A stretch of 64,000 nt of DNA from Candidatus Kuenenbacteria bacterium HGW-Kuenenbacteria-1 (GTDB lineage: Bacteria; Patescibacteriota; Patescibacteriia; UBA2591; PGYQ01), in assembly GCA_002839745.1 (NCBI GenBank), contig PGYQ01000001.1, forward strand, positions 16,775 through 80,774, written 5' to 3'. Below are positions 47,259-57,744 of this stretch, in pieces. Each line of letters starts with the position of its first letter. Position 1 is the stretch's first letter. The notes under the pieces were generated by a model. The model was not told where the DNA came from and made no database searches. It was given only the letters and a program-made list of their open reading frames with translations. The translations under genes and the position numbers were made by a program.

Positions 47259-50200
47259 ATGATTTTTTTAAATAAACAAACATTAAAAAATAATTTAAAA
47301 AAAATTGTTGGCGCTGTTATCTATAATAGAGGGGTTAATTATTTTAATTCAAAATATGTTAAAAAAATTGAGGTGTTATCAAATAATTTTTCAGAAAATA
47401 TTAAAATTATAGGTGACATAAAAGGTTCTTTTAAAAATTTTTATAAAAGTAATATATTTTTTGATTTAGAAAAAAATGAATTTAGTAGATTTAGTTGCTC
47501 ATGTCCATGTTATGAAGAATGTAAACATTGCGTAGCATTGGGATTGGAATTTATTGATGTTTATTTTGAATTTTTAGATCAAAAAGAATTACAAAATTTT
47601 AATGGAAATATTTCTTTTTTAAGAGATAATTTAACAAGATGGATTAATAAAGATGAAAAACAAAAAAAGAAATTGGGTTTAATAGAACAAAAAGCAAGAA
47701 CTTTTTTTGATAAAAAAAATCAAGAAAAACAAACTAAATTTAAAGAATTTTTAAAAAAATTTCCGCTTTTGTCAAACAAACAAATTCAAATTAAAGAAAA
47801 AATAAAATCTTCAAAATTTGAAATTGAAAATTATCATATTATTTTGGATTTTAATGAGAATAAAAGGATATATGCTAAAATTAAAAAAGATAGGCAAATT
47901 TCGTATTATGATTCAAATATTAAACCTTCTGAAATATTAAAGCATAAAAAAAAATTAACTCAGCCACAAATTGAATTAGTTGAATTTTTGAAAGAAGAAT
48001 ATCTTTGGAAGGATAATATTGATTATGAAAAATTTTTTATTTTACTCAGAGATTCAAAAATTAAAATTTATAGAGAGCAGGAAAAAAATAAATTATTTTT
48101 TGGAGATATTTCTGAAAAATTAAAAGTAGAATTATTTATAAAAAAAGAAAAAAATAAATATTTTGATTGGATAAAAAAAGATTTTATTTTTAAATTAAAT
48201 AAGTTTGATTTTTCTACAGAAAGAGTTATTTTTTTTATTGGAAAAGAAAATTTAATTATTATTAATATTATCAGCGGAAACATTAGTTTTTATAAATTGT
48301 CTAAAAAATTAATTGAAATAATTTCTCAAATTAGCACAAAAGAAATGTATGATTATGTTATAAAAGAATATAAATATCCATTTGAATTTAAATTAACAGA
48401 AAATGAAATTATTGATTTAAATTCAATTATTAAAGATATAAAAATATATTTTGATTTAAAAACAACGAAACAATTAGCAGATAAAAATTTTAAAATTAAA
48501 AAATTTAATAAAGCAGAACCTTATATTTTAGTGGACTATAAAGAAGAAAAGAATTTTTTAAAAATAAAAGCAACAATTGATTATGAATTTTGCAAAGTAA
48601 ATGTTTCTGATACAGTTTGTAGTTATTATCAAAATCAAAAAATTTTTTTTAAGAGAAAAATTAATGAAAATTTTATTGATTATTTTATTAAAGATAAGTA
48701 TATAATTAAAATTGATGAAGAAAATATTTTTTATACTAAAGCGAATAAAAAAAAAGAATTAGAGTTTTTTCAAAAATTTTATGGAAATTATGGATTTAAT
48801 AAAAAAGTAGAATGCGAAAGAAAAAACGAAAAAGATATTTTTAAATATTTTAGTAAATATTGGGAAGATATTAAAAAAATTGGTTATAAAATAGAATTTA
48901 TTGGTGATAAATTTGAGCTTGTTGAAGAAAATTTTAATGCGGATTTTAATGTTAATCTTGACGAAGAAAATGGTTTGCTTGCTTTTGATGTAAATTGTTA
49001 TTGTGCAAAGGGCAAAATTAATTTAGATGATTTAAAAAATTATATTAAAAATAAAAAAGAATATATAAAAATAGCAGATGGTCAAATGTTGAAAATTAGT
49101 AATTATGAAGAATTAGAGCGATTTATTATGATGTTGGAAAGTTTTTATAGAAAAGAAAAAGATCATTTTGAAGGAGGACTTTATCATGCTCCAGAATTAA
49201 AAAATATTTTTACTAGTTCAAAATATTACAATACTAAAGTTGAAGAAAGTTTTAATAAATTTATTCAAGAGGCTCAAACAGGTAAACCAGTAAAAAAAAT
49301 AAAAATATTAGAGCAATATAAAAAAATTTTACGAGATTATCAAAAAGAGGGGATTGATTGGTTTTATTTTTTGCGTAAGTATCATTTTGGTGGAATTTTA
49401 GCTGATGATATGGGTTTAGGAAAAACTTTGCAAACTTTAATTTTAATTCAACTTGAAAAAATTAAAAACAAACCTTCAATTGTGATATGTCCTAAAACTT
49501 TACTTTATAATTGGGAAAGCGAAGTAAAAAAATTTGTTCCTAAAATAAAAACAATAATTTTTGATGGCTTACCAATAGAACGTGAACAAAAAATTAAAAA
49601 TTTTAAAAAATATGATTTAATTATTACTTCTTATGCTACCTTGCAAAAAGATTTAGAAAAATATAAAGAAGAAAAAATTAAATTTAATTATTGTATTTTA
49701 GATGAAGCTCAATTTATTAAAAATCATTCCACTAAAAATGCTCAAATGGTTAAAAAGATTGATGCTGATTATAGATTGGCCTTGACTGGCACACCTTTAG
49801 AAAATAATGTATCTGAAATTTGGTCAATTTTTGATTTTTTAATGCCAGGATTTTTAGGTTCTTATAAACTTTTTGTTGAAAAATTTCAAAATCCAATAAT
49901 GAAACGAAATAATCTTCAAACATTAGATAATCTTCGTAAAAAAATTAGTTGTTTTATGCTTAGGCGAACCAAAAAAGAGGTTTTAAAAGAATTGCCTTCT
50001 AAAATTGAACAAATAACACATTGTCATTTGGAATCTTCTCAGAGTATTTTATACCAAGAAATTTTAGTAAATGTAAAAAGTCAAATTTTTGAAATAGTAA
50101 AGGAAAAAGGTTTTGCTAAATCGCAAATTCATATTTTAGCTGGGTTAACCAAATTAAGGCAAGTTTGTAATCATCCAGTACTTTTACTTAAAGATAAAGA

Positions 50201-50723
50201 TTATACCAAATATGAATCAGCTAAATTAAATATTTTTCTTGAATTAATTAATGAAATTGTTTTAGCTAAACGAAAGGTTTTGGTTTTTAGTCAATTTACA
50301 AAAATGTTGGATATTTTGGTTGAAGAATTAAAAAAGAATAAAATCAATTATTCTTATTTATCTGGTAAAACAAAAAATAGACAAGAGATTGTTAAGGATT
50401 TTAATGAAAGCAACAAAAAACAGGTTTTTCTTATTAGTTTAAAAGCTGGAGGAACTGGATTAAATTTAACTTCAGCTGATAATGTAATTATTTTTGATCC
50501 TTGGTGGAATCCAAGTGTAGAAATTCAAGCGATTGATAGAACACATAGAATTGGACAAAAAAATTCTGTAAATGTTTATAGATTAATTACCAATGGAACT
50601 ATTGAAGAAAAAATTGTTGATTTGCAAAAAAGAAAACAATTTTTGTCTGATAGTTTAATAGGAGAAAGTCAAGATTTATTTAAAAAATTAACATGGGAAG
50701 ATGTTAAAGGATTATTTGAATAA
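47259..50723 (+). CDS. SWIM zinc-finger SNF2-family helicase
   Basis: CSC.....CKH, LADDMGLGKT, DEAQ, TGTP, DPWWNP, R.HRIGQ. Confidence 0.93.
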   Translation: MIFLNKQTLKNNLKKIVGAVIYNRGVNYFNSKYVKKIEVLSNNFSENIKIIGDIKGSFKNFYKSNIFFDLEKNEFSRFSCSCPCYEECKHCVALGLEFIDVYFEFLDQKELQNFNGNISFLRDNLTRWINKDEKQKKKLGLIEQKARTFFDKKNQEKQTKFKEFLKKFPLLSNKQIQIKEKIKSSKFEIENYHIILDFNENKRIYAKIKKDRQISYYDSNIKPSEILKHKKKLTQPQIELVEFLKEEYLWKDNIDYEKFFILLRDSKIKIYREQEKNKLFFGDISEKLKVELFIKKEKNKYFDWIKKDFIFKLNKFDFSTERVIFFIGKENLIIINIISGNISFYKLSKKLIEIISQISTKEMYDYVIKEYKYPFEFKLTENEIIDLNSIIKDIKIYFDLKTTKQLADKNFKIKKFNKAEPYILVDYKEEKNFLKIKATIDYEFCKVNVSDTVCSYYQNQKIFFKRKINENFIDYFIKDKYIIKIDEENIFYTKANKKKELEFFQKFYGNYGFNKKVECERKNEKDIFKYFSKYWEDIKKIGYKIEFIGDKFELVEENFNADFNVNLDEENGLLAFDVNCYCAKGKINLDDLKNYIKNKKEYIKIADGQMLKISNYEELERFIMMLESFYRKEKDHFEGGLYHAPELKNIFTSSKYYNTKVEESFNKFIQEAQTGKPVKKIKILEQYKKILRDYQKEGIDWFYFLRKYHFGGILADDMGLGKTLQTLILIQLEKIKNKPSIVICPKTLLYNWESEVKKFVPKIKTIIFDGLPIEREQKIKNFKKYDLIITSYATLQKDLEKYKEEKIKFNYCILDEAQFIKNHSTKNAQMVKKIDADYRLALTGTPLENNVSEIWSIFDFLMPGFLGSYKLFVEKFQNPIMKRNNLQTLDNLRKKISCFMLRRTKKEVLKELPSKIEQITHCHLESSQSILYQEILVNVKSQIFEIVKEKGFAKSQIHILAGLTKLRQVCNHPVLLLKDKDYTKYESAKLNIFLELINEIVLAKRKVLVFSQFTKMLDILVEELKKNKINYSYLSGKTKNRQEIVKDFNESNKKQVFLISLKAGGTGLNLTSADNVIIFDPWWNPSVEIQAIDRTHRIGQKNSVNVYRLITNGTIEEKIVDLQKRKQFLSDSLIGESQDLFKKLTWEDVKGLFE

Positions 50724-50757
50724 AAATTAATATTAATATTTGTTTAATTTTATTTTT

Positions 50758-51846
50758 ATGAATGACTTAAAATATTGGGTTGCTTTTTCATATTTGTCGG
50801 AAATTGGAAGCGCGCGTTTTCAAAAGCTTTTAAATTATTTCAAAAGTTTAGAAAAGGCATGGACAGCTGGTGTTAGTGAATTAGAAAAAGCTGGAATAGA
50901 AAATAAAATAGCAGAAAGAATAATTTTAAAACGCAAGCAAATAAATCCTGACGAAAAAATGGAAAAATGCGAAAAAGAAAATATTCGAGTCATTACTTTT
51001 AATGATCCGCAATATCCAAAATTACTCAAAGAAATTAATAGTTTTCCTGCTTTGTTATTTTATAAGGGAAATTTTCAAAGACAAGATGAATTTAGTTTAG
51101 CCATTATAGGAACTCGAAAAATGAGTCTTTATGGAAAACAGATTATTGTGGAAATTATTAGAGATTTAGTTCAAACTAATTTGGTTATTGTTTCTGGATT
51201 GGCAAGAGGAGTAGATACATTGGCACATCAAATTACTCTTGAATTTGCAGGTCGGACGATTGCTGTTTTGGGTTCTGGACTAAATGAAAAAAATATTTAT
51301 CCTTTTGAAAATAAAGCTTTAGCTCAAAAAATTGTTGAACAAAATGGACTTTTACTTTCTGAATATCCACCAGAAACTTTTCCTCAAAAATATTTTTTTC
51401 CATATCGTAATCGAATTGTCGCTGGTTTAACCTTGGGAACTTTAGTTATTGAAGCGCCTGAAAGAAGCGGAGCATTAATTACGGCTCGTTATGCTTTGGA
51501 ACAAGGTCGTGAAATATTTGCTGTTCCAGGAAATGTTCATAGTTTAAATTCTGTTGGTTGTAATAATTTGATTAAAATGGGAGGCAAATTAGTAAATAAT
51601 GCCAATGATATTTTAGATGCGTTGAATTTTGTTCGAACAGTTAAGCCGATTGTTCGAAAAGTTATTAAACCATCCAATAAAGAAGAGGCTGAATTGTTAA
51701 AATATTTATCTGAAGAACCAATTCATGTTGACAAATTGATTGAATTTTCTAAACTTAGTCCAACTGATATAAATAGCGTTTTGACAATGATGGAAATAAA
51801 TGGCAAGATAAAACACTTAGGAGGGATGTATTATATTTTAGGGTAG
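50758..51846 (+). CDS. dprA: DNA-processing protein DprA
   Basis: IVSGLARGVD..AH, FPYRNRIVAG, SGALITA; directly upstream of topA. Confidence 0.95.
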   Translation: MNDLKYWVAFSYLSEIGSARFQKLLNYFKSLEKAWTAGVSELEKAGIENKIAERIILKRKQINPDEKMEKCEKENIRVITFNDPQYPKLLKEINSFPALLFYKGNFQRQDEFSLAIIGTRKMSLYGKQIIVEIIRDLVQTNLVIVSGLARGVDTLAHQITLEFAGRTIAVLGSGLNEKNIYPFENKALAQKIVEQNGLLLSEYPPETFPQKYFFPYRNRIVAGLTLGTLVIEAPERSGALITARYALEQGREIFAVPGNVHSLNSVGCNNLIKMGGKLVNNANDILDALNFVRTVKPIVRKVIKPSNKEEAELLKYLSEEPIHVDKLIEFSKLSPTDINSVLTMMEINGKIKHLGGMYYILG

Positions 51847-51877
51847 TTTTATATTTTTTAATAAAAATTAAAAAATT

Positions 51878-54079
51878 ATGATTTTAATTATTGTGGAATC
51901 GCCAACTAAGGCAAAAACAATTGAAAAATTTTTAGGTTCTTCTTATAAATTAGAATCTTCTTTTGGGCATATTCGTGATTTGCCAAAAAAAGAGATGGGG
52001 ATTGAAATAGAAAATAATTTTAAACCAAAATATGTAATTCCTGACAAGGCTAAAAAAAAGGTGGGTGAATTAAAAATGATTGTTAAAAAAGTTGATTCAA
52101 TTATTTTGGCAACTGACGAAGACAGAGAAGGGGAGGCGATTGCTTGGCATTTAACACAAGCCTTAAATTTAAAAAATAAAAAAGTTGAAAGAATTGTTTT
52201 TCACGAAATTACTAAAGAAGCAATTTTAAATGCCTTAAAAGCTCCTCAAAAAATTGACATAAATCTTGTTGATGCGCAACAAGGTCGACGAATTTTAGAT
52301 CGTCTAGTTGGTTATGAGTTGTCTCCTTTTTTATGGAAAAAAGTAGCTCGCGGTCTTTCAGCTGGTCGAGTCCAATCAGTGGCTGTTCGTTTAATTGTTG
52401 ATAGAGAAAGAGAAATTGAAGCTTTTAAATCAGAAGAATATTGGACTGTTGAAGCAAGGCTTCAACAGAAAATTCTAAATTCTAAATTTGAAACTGAATT
52501 TTTGGCAATGTTAATAAAAAAAGACAAGAAGACTATTTCAAAATTGGAAATTAAAACAAAAGAAGAAGCTGATAAAATTTTAAAAGATTTAGAAGAAGCA
52601 AAATACAAAATAATTGATATTAAAAAAAGAGAAATTAAAAAAAATCCAAACGCGCCATTTATTACTTCTACTCTTCAGCAAGAAGCAAATCATAAATTGG
52701 GTTTTTCCGCAAAGCAAACAATGATGATTGCTCAACAACTTTATGAAGGAATTGGATTAGGTAAAGAAGGCTCAGTTGGTTTGATTACTTATATGCGCAC
52801 AGATTCTTTTAATCTGGCGGAAAATTTTTTAGAAAAAACTCAAAATTATATTAAAGAAAATTTTGGATCAGAATATGCTTTGGAACAATATCGTAGATTT
52901 AAAATTAAATCTAAATTATCTCAAGAGGCGCATGAAGCCATTAGGCCCACTGAAATTATTAGATCTCCTGAGATGGTAGAAGCATTTTTAGATAAAAATC
53001 AATTTAAATTATATCAATTAATTTGGCGACGAACATTGGCGTGTCAAATGAAGGAAGCGATTTTTGATTCTACTTCTGTGGATATTGAAGCTAAAAATTA
53101 TATTTTTAGAGCCAGTGGTTCTATAATAAAATTTGATGGATTTCTTAAAATTTATCCGTCAAAGACCGAAGAAAATATTTTACCGTCGTTAGAAATTAAT
53201 GAAATTTTAGCTTTGAATAAATTAATTTCCAATCAACATTTTACTCAACCGCCAGGTCGGTACAATGAAGCCACTTTAATTAAAGCCTTGGAAGAAAATG
53301 GGATTGGTCGTCCTTCAACTTACGCGCCAACGATCAGCACAATTGTTGAACGAAATTATATTATTAAAGAAAATAAATATTTGAAACCTACTGATATTGG
53401 AATTTTAGTCAACGATTTACTTGTTGAACATTTTCCTAAAATTGTGGATATTAAATTTACTGCTCAAATGGAAAACAATTTAGATGAAGTAGCACAAGGA
53501 AAAGTAAAATGGCAACCAATAATTAAAGAATTTTATGATCCGTTTAAAAAAAATCTTATACAAAAAGAAAAAGAGGTTTCAAAAAAAGCATTAACAGAAA
53601 AAGAGAGTGATGAAAAATGTGATAAATGTGACAAACCAATGATTATAAAAGTGGGTCGTTTTGGCAAGTTTTTGGCTTGTACAGGATTTCCTGATTGTAA
53701 AAACACAAAGCCATTAGAAAAAGATTTGAGAGAAATGGAATTGTCTAATGAAAAATGTGATAAATGTGGCGCAGATATGATTATTAAACATGGTCGATTT
53801 GGAGCATTTCTTTCTTGTTCAAAATATCCAGAATGCAAAAACATAAAATCAATTAAAAAATCAACAGGTGTAAAATGTCCTCAATGTAATAAAGGCGAGA
53901 TTGTTGAAAAAAAATCAAAAAAAGGTGGTCGCACTTTTTATGCTTGTGATCAATATCCTAATTGTAAATTTGCTCTTTGGCAAAAACCAGTTAATCAAAA
54001 ATGCGACAAATGTGGGAGTTTAATGGTCATGGCAAAAGATGACGAAAAGAGATGTAGCAATAAAGAGTGTAAAATATAA
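51878..54079 (+). CDS. topA: DNA topoisomerase I
   Basis: IVESPTKA, ATDEDREGE, SAGRVQS, ITYMRTDS, C-terminal Zn ribbons. Confidence 0.97.
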   Translation: MILIIVESPTKAKTIEKFLGSSYKLESSFGHIRDLPKKEMGIEIENNFKPKYVIPDKAKKKVGELKMIVKKVDSIILATDEDREGEAIAWHLTQALNLKNKKVERIVFHEITKEAILNALKAPQKIDINLVDAQQGRRILDRLVGYELSPFLWKKVARGLSAGRVQSVAVRLIVDREREIEAFKSEEYWTVEARLQQKILNSKFETEFLAMLIKKDKKTISKLEIKTKEEADKILKDLEEAKYKIIDIKKREIKKNPNAPFITSTLQQEANHKLGFSAKQTMMIAQQLYEGIGLGKEGSVGLITYMRTDSFNLAENFLEKTQNYIKENFGSEYALEQYRRFKIKSKLSQEAHEAIRPTEIIRSPEMVEAFLDKNQFKLYQLIWRRTLACQMKEAIFDSTSVDIEAKNYIFRASGSIIKFDGFLKIYPSKTEENILPSLEINEILALNKLISNQHFTQPPGRYNEATLIKALEENGIGRPSTYAPTISTIVERNYIIKENKYLKPTDIGILVNDLLVEHFPKIVDIKFTAQMENNLDEVAQGKVKWQPIIKEFYDPFKKNLIQKEKEVSKKALTEKESDEKCDKCDKPMIIKVGRFGKFLACTGFPDCKNTKPLEKDLREMELSNEKCDKCGADMIIKHGRFGAFLSCSKYPECKNIKSIKKSTGVKCPQCNKGEIVEKKSKKGGRTFYACDQYPNCKFALWQKPVNQKCDKCGSLMVMAKDDEKRCSNKECKI

Positions 54080-54094
54080 ATTATTTATTTTTTT

Positions 54095-55105
54095 ATGTCT
54101 CAAGCGCAATTACAAAAATTTATTGCATTTTTGCAAAAACAAAAATATTCTGTTTTTGGGTTGTTTGAAGAAAATGAAATAATAAAAATTAAACCAATTT
54201 TAAACCCTAAAAAATTTAAATTATTAGGAAAGTTTTCTTTTTATTCATTTAAGAAATTTTTTCTTTTTTCAAAAGAAATTTTATTTAATTTTAAAAAAAA
54301 TCGTTTAATAAAAAATAAAGACATTATCTTAAAACAAGCCTTATTAGGAATGAGCATTTTTGATCTCAAGGCTTTGATACTTTATAATAATGTCTTTGAA
54401 AAAGATTGTTATTATCAACAAAGAAAAAAAAATACGCTTGTTATTGGGCAAAGCATTATGCTTTCGGATGAAAAAACTTTTCAAATTTGGGAAGATAAAT
54501 ATGAGGAAGATATTTTAGAACATTTACATTTTGATATTTTTTTAGGAATAATAAATAAGTCTTTAGTTCAATCTTCCATGGGTTCTAAAAAAATAAAGTA
54601 CAAAGTTTTTACTGGAACAATAATTGGTCAAGAAATTTTAGATAAATTTGGATTTAAAGATTATGAACATATTCAATTTGCTGGACCAATTAAAGAAGAA
54701 GGATTGGATTTGGAAATGGTTAAAATTAAAGATGCGATGAAAAAAAATTATAAATCTGAAATTTGGGAAGAATTAGGAAAAAAATGTATTGAATGTGGAA
54801 AATGTTCCTTGGTTTGTCCGACATGTTTTTGTTTTAATATTTATGATCAAATGGATTTAGAAAAAAATAAAGGACAAAGAGTACAATGTTGGGCAAGTTG
54901 TTTTTATCAAGAATTTTCAGAAATTGCTGGAGGATATAAATTTTTAGATAGTACAGCTAAAAGAATTTATAATTGGTATTATCATAAATTTGTCCGAATT
55001 CCTGAGGAATATAGTTTTTCTGGATGCGTTGGTTGCGGTCGTTGCATCAAGGTTTGTCCTGCAGGAATTAATATTAGAGAAACATTGGAAAAAATTAAAA
55101 AATAA
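54095..55105 (+). CDS. 4Fe-4S dicluster protein, AsrA / group 3b sulfhydrogenase beta-like
   Basis: CIECGKC..VCPTCFCF, W.SC, HKF, CVGCGRC...CP. Confidence 0.85.
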   Translation: MSQAQLQKFIAFLQKQKYSVFGLFEENEIIKIKPILNPKKFKLLGKFSFYSFKKFFLFSKEILFNFKKNRLIKNKDIILKQALLGMSIFDLKALILYNNVFEKDCYYQQRKKNTLVIGQSIMLSDEKTFQIWEDKYEEDILEHLHFDIFLGIINKSLVQSSMGSKKIKYKVFTGTIIGQEILDKFGFKDYEHIQFAGPIKEEGLDLEMVKIKDAMKKNYKSEIWEELGKKCIECGKCSLVCPTCFCFNIYDQMDLEKNKGQRVQCWASCFYQEFSEIAGGYKFLDSTAKRIYNWYYHKFVRIPEEYSFSGCVGCGRCIKVCPAGINIRETLEKIKK

Positions 55106-55135
55106 ATATACGGGGTTCAACCTTGTCAAATTTTT

Positions 55136-55957
55136 ATGAAAAATATTTATCAATCCAAAACAGCTATTATTAAAAATATTAAAACCCAAACCAAAGAGGT
55201 TAAACTTTTTACTTTGCAATTTAAAAAAAAGAAAGATCAAAAAGATTTTTTCTTTACCCCAGGTCAATTTATAGAAGTTGGGATATTGGGTTTTGGCGAA
55301 GCGCCTTTTGCTATATGTTCTTCAAATGTAAACGTAGATTTTTTTCAAATTTGTGTTCGAAAAGCGGGACAATTGACAATAAAATTACATTCTCTTAAAA
55401 TTAATGACGAGATTCAAATTAGAGGACCTTATGGAAATGGTTTTCCTAAAATTGAAAATTCAACAACAAATTTGCTTTTGATTGGTGGTGGGATAGGGTT
55501 GGTACCTTTGAGATCAATTATTAAAACAATACAAGATCAAAAACAAAATATAAAAAATAAAATTATTCTTTTTTATGGAGTGAAAGATTATAATGAACTT
55601 TTATTTAAAGATGAATATAAGCAATGGGAAAAATTTTTAGATTTACATATTGTTCTTAACAAACCAGATTTAAAATGGAAAGGCGACATAGGTTTAATCA
55701 CTGTCTTATTTGATAATGTAAAATTGGCAAATGGTTATTTGTCTTTACAAGCATTTCTTTGCGGTCCTCCAATAATGTATAAATTTGTTGTTCAAAAGTT
55801 AAAAGAATTAAATATTCCAGATGAAAATATTTTTTTATCTTTAGAGCGTCGGATGCATTGCGGAGTTGGAATTTGTCAGCATTGTGCCATTGGTTCACGA
55901 TATGTTTGTAAAAATGGTCCAGTATTTAATTACGCGGAAATAAAAAATAGCTTATAG
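55136..55957 (+). CDS. FAD/NAD(P)-binding oxidoreductase, AsrB / sulfhydrogenase gamma-like
   Basis: PGQF, RGPYGNGF, GGGIGLVP, CGPP.M, CGVGICQHC....VCKNGPVF. Confidence 0.88.
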   Translation: MKNIYQSKTAIIKNIKTQTKEVKLFTLQFKKKKDQKDFFFTPGQFIEVGILGFGEAPFAICSSNVNVDFFQICVRKAGQLTIKLHSLKINDEIQIRGPYGNGFPKIENSTTNLLLIGGGIGLVPLRSIIKTIQDQKQNIKNKIILFYGVKDYNELLFKDEYKQWEKFLDLHIVLNKPDLKWKGDIGLITVLFDNVKLANGYLSLQAFLCGPPIMYKFVVQKLKELNIPDENIFLSLERRMHCGVGICQHCAIGSRYVCKNGPVFNYAEIKNSL

Positions 55958-56008
55958 CTTGTAGAAAATAAATTAAATTTTAAAATTGAAAATTGAAAAT
56001 TAATTTTT

Positions 56009-56093
56009 GCCCAGGTGGTGAAATTGGTATACACGCTAGGTTAAGGACCTAGTACCGTGAGGTGTGGAGGTTCAAGTCCTCTCCTGGGCACCA
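56009..56093 (+). tRNA. tRNA-Leu with anticodon AAG
   Basis: GCCCAGG/CCTGGGC-A-CCA, anticodon arm CTAGG-TTAAGGA-CCTAG, long variable arm. Confidence 0.9.
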
Positions 56094-56169
56094 AATTGGA
56101 TTTCGTGATTTTTTGCGGGTGGAAGCAGAGGTTTGCTCGCCCCGCCTGCAGAAAAAAAAGGAGACCCTA

Positions 56170-56359
56170 CATAAAATTATTTCTGGTATTCGGATTTCTT
56201 CCGAGCATGCTATCGCTGGCATTAAAAGATTGCGAATTGTAACTGACAAATTTAGGAATAAAACAAATAAATTTAATGATAAGGTTATGTTTTTAGCTTG
56301 TGGACTCTGGAATTATCAATTAAAATATTGCTAATTCCAAAATTTATAAGGATAGTCTA
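56170..56359 (+). pseudogene. C-terminal remnant of an IS5/ISL2-like (DDE_Tnp_4) transposase with a probable right end
   Basis: KIISGIRISSEHAIAGIKR...ACGLWN; followed by ATTTATAAGGATAGTCTA. Confidence 0.7.
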
Positions 56360-56389
56360 TCTTATTGAGTTATTCCGCAACTAGTTTAA

Positions 56390-57478
56390 TTATCTTTTTT
56401 TAATATCACCAGTTAAATTAAAGGTCTTATTTTTAGCCATCGAGAGAAACCGGCTTGCTGTTTTGCCTATTTCATCGCTGATATATTTTGCATTGCTATA
56501 TTGCGAGGGGTAGCCGACTAATTCCATAAAGCCGACACCGCTTACTTTTTTATTTTCAAACAAACCTTCCACGCGAAGCGGTCCCTCCCAATAGTTAATC
56601 GAACCAAATAGCATTTCCTGATTTTCAATTTTTGCCGTTAGGTTTAAATCAATATTTTTTGCCGGCATTTTGATTTTCCATGCCAATGGATAAACCGCCT
56701 TGCTCTTTGGACTTGTCCATCGTTCGTCCAAAGGAGTAATCTCGACTTCCTGATAATGTTCTTGGTGGTTATCCGCATAAGAAATATCCGCAAAGTAAGT
56801 TTTCACCTTGCCGTCATCATATAATCCGCAAACCATTTCTGTTTTATTGTCCAATTGCACCGAAAACCAATCCCATTTATCCTTGGAGTAACTCGCGTCC
56901 GCCCATTGATGATCCATCCACGATTTGCCGGTAACATCTATCCATTTGCCCTTAATTTTTATTCTGCCCTCTGTCTTTAAGTTAGTTAATGAATAGTAAT
57001 AGGTAGTTTTGGAATGGAGATCAAGGTATCCTTTTCCGCCCTCAAGCAGTGGCTTTTTAGTTGAAGTCAAAATTAAATCAATATCCTCGTTTTTTATGTG
57101 ATATGTTGATTCGCCGGTTTTTTCAATAACGCAGTTGGTATAACCGTTTTTGATTTCTGGATTAAGATAATTTATATAAAGCAGGGGCTTGGAAAAACTA
57201 TCGTCAGAAATGACAGAAAATGGGGCTATTCTATGGTGAAAACTTTTATGCTTTAAATCCGAAACAAGGGAATGAGAAAAATAAGATGTTTTAAGCGGTA
57301 TCTTGCTTAAAAATGGAATTTTTACTTTTTTAACATCCACTTTAAAAAAGCAATCCATAAAAGAATATCCGTTGCCGTCCTTGTCTTTTAAGTGACCGTT
57401 AAAATACCACCACTCAATTATGTAATTATGTCCTGATTCGTCTGCTGGGAATTTTATTGGTTTATATTCTTTATGCAT
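56390..57478 (-). CDS. Lipocalin-like / CrtC-AttH family protein
   Basis: FPADE..H, EWWYFNG, YYYS, WMDHQW, WDWF, YWEGP, GFMELVGY. Confidence 0.85.
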   Translation of the reverse strand: MHKEYKPIKFPADESGHNYIIEWWYFNGHLKDKDGNGYSFMDCFFKVDVKKVKIPFLSKIPLKTSYFSHSLVSDLKHKSFHHRIAPFSVISDDSFSKPLLYINYLNPEIKNGYTNCVIEKTGESTYHIKNEDIDLILTSTKKPLLEGGKGYLDLHSKTTYYYSLTNLKTEGRIKIKGKWIDVTGKSWMDHQWADASYSKDKWDWFSVQLDNKTEMVCGLYDDGKVKTYFADISYADNHQEHYQEVEITPLDERWTSPKSKAVYPLAWKIKMPAKNIDLNLTAKIENQEMLFGSINYWEGPLRVEGLFENKKVSGVGFMELVGYPSQYSNAKYISDEIGKTASRFLSMAKNKTFNLTGDIKKR

Positions 57479-57504
57479 AAAACTATTTTTAAATTATAGA
57501 AGCA

Positions 57505-57699
57505 TTATGAGACGCTCCATTTTGTTATCGTAAACAATTTTAGTAATGGAGCGTCTGAAATGCTTTTATTGATTGAAGGGTGGCTTTTTTCTGACCATGC
57601 CCACCAAAGATAACCGCCAATGGCTATAACGGCGATTATTGCTATTCCAATTGTTGTTGGACTTGACCAATCTATGTTTGTTAGAAAATTTGTTGGCAT
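57505..57699 (-). CDS. Small hypothetical membrane protein
   Basis: SD-like GAAAGGA, one TM helix; 3' part overlaps an inverted repeat. Confidence 0.45.
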   Translation of the reverse strand: MPTNFLTNIDWSSPTTIGIAIIAVIAIGGYLWWAWSEKSHPSINKSISDAPLLKLFTITKWSVS

Positions 57700-57744
57700 A
57701 ATTTTACATCCTTTCTAATTAATCTATAAAACCCTTGAGGCGGG

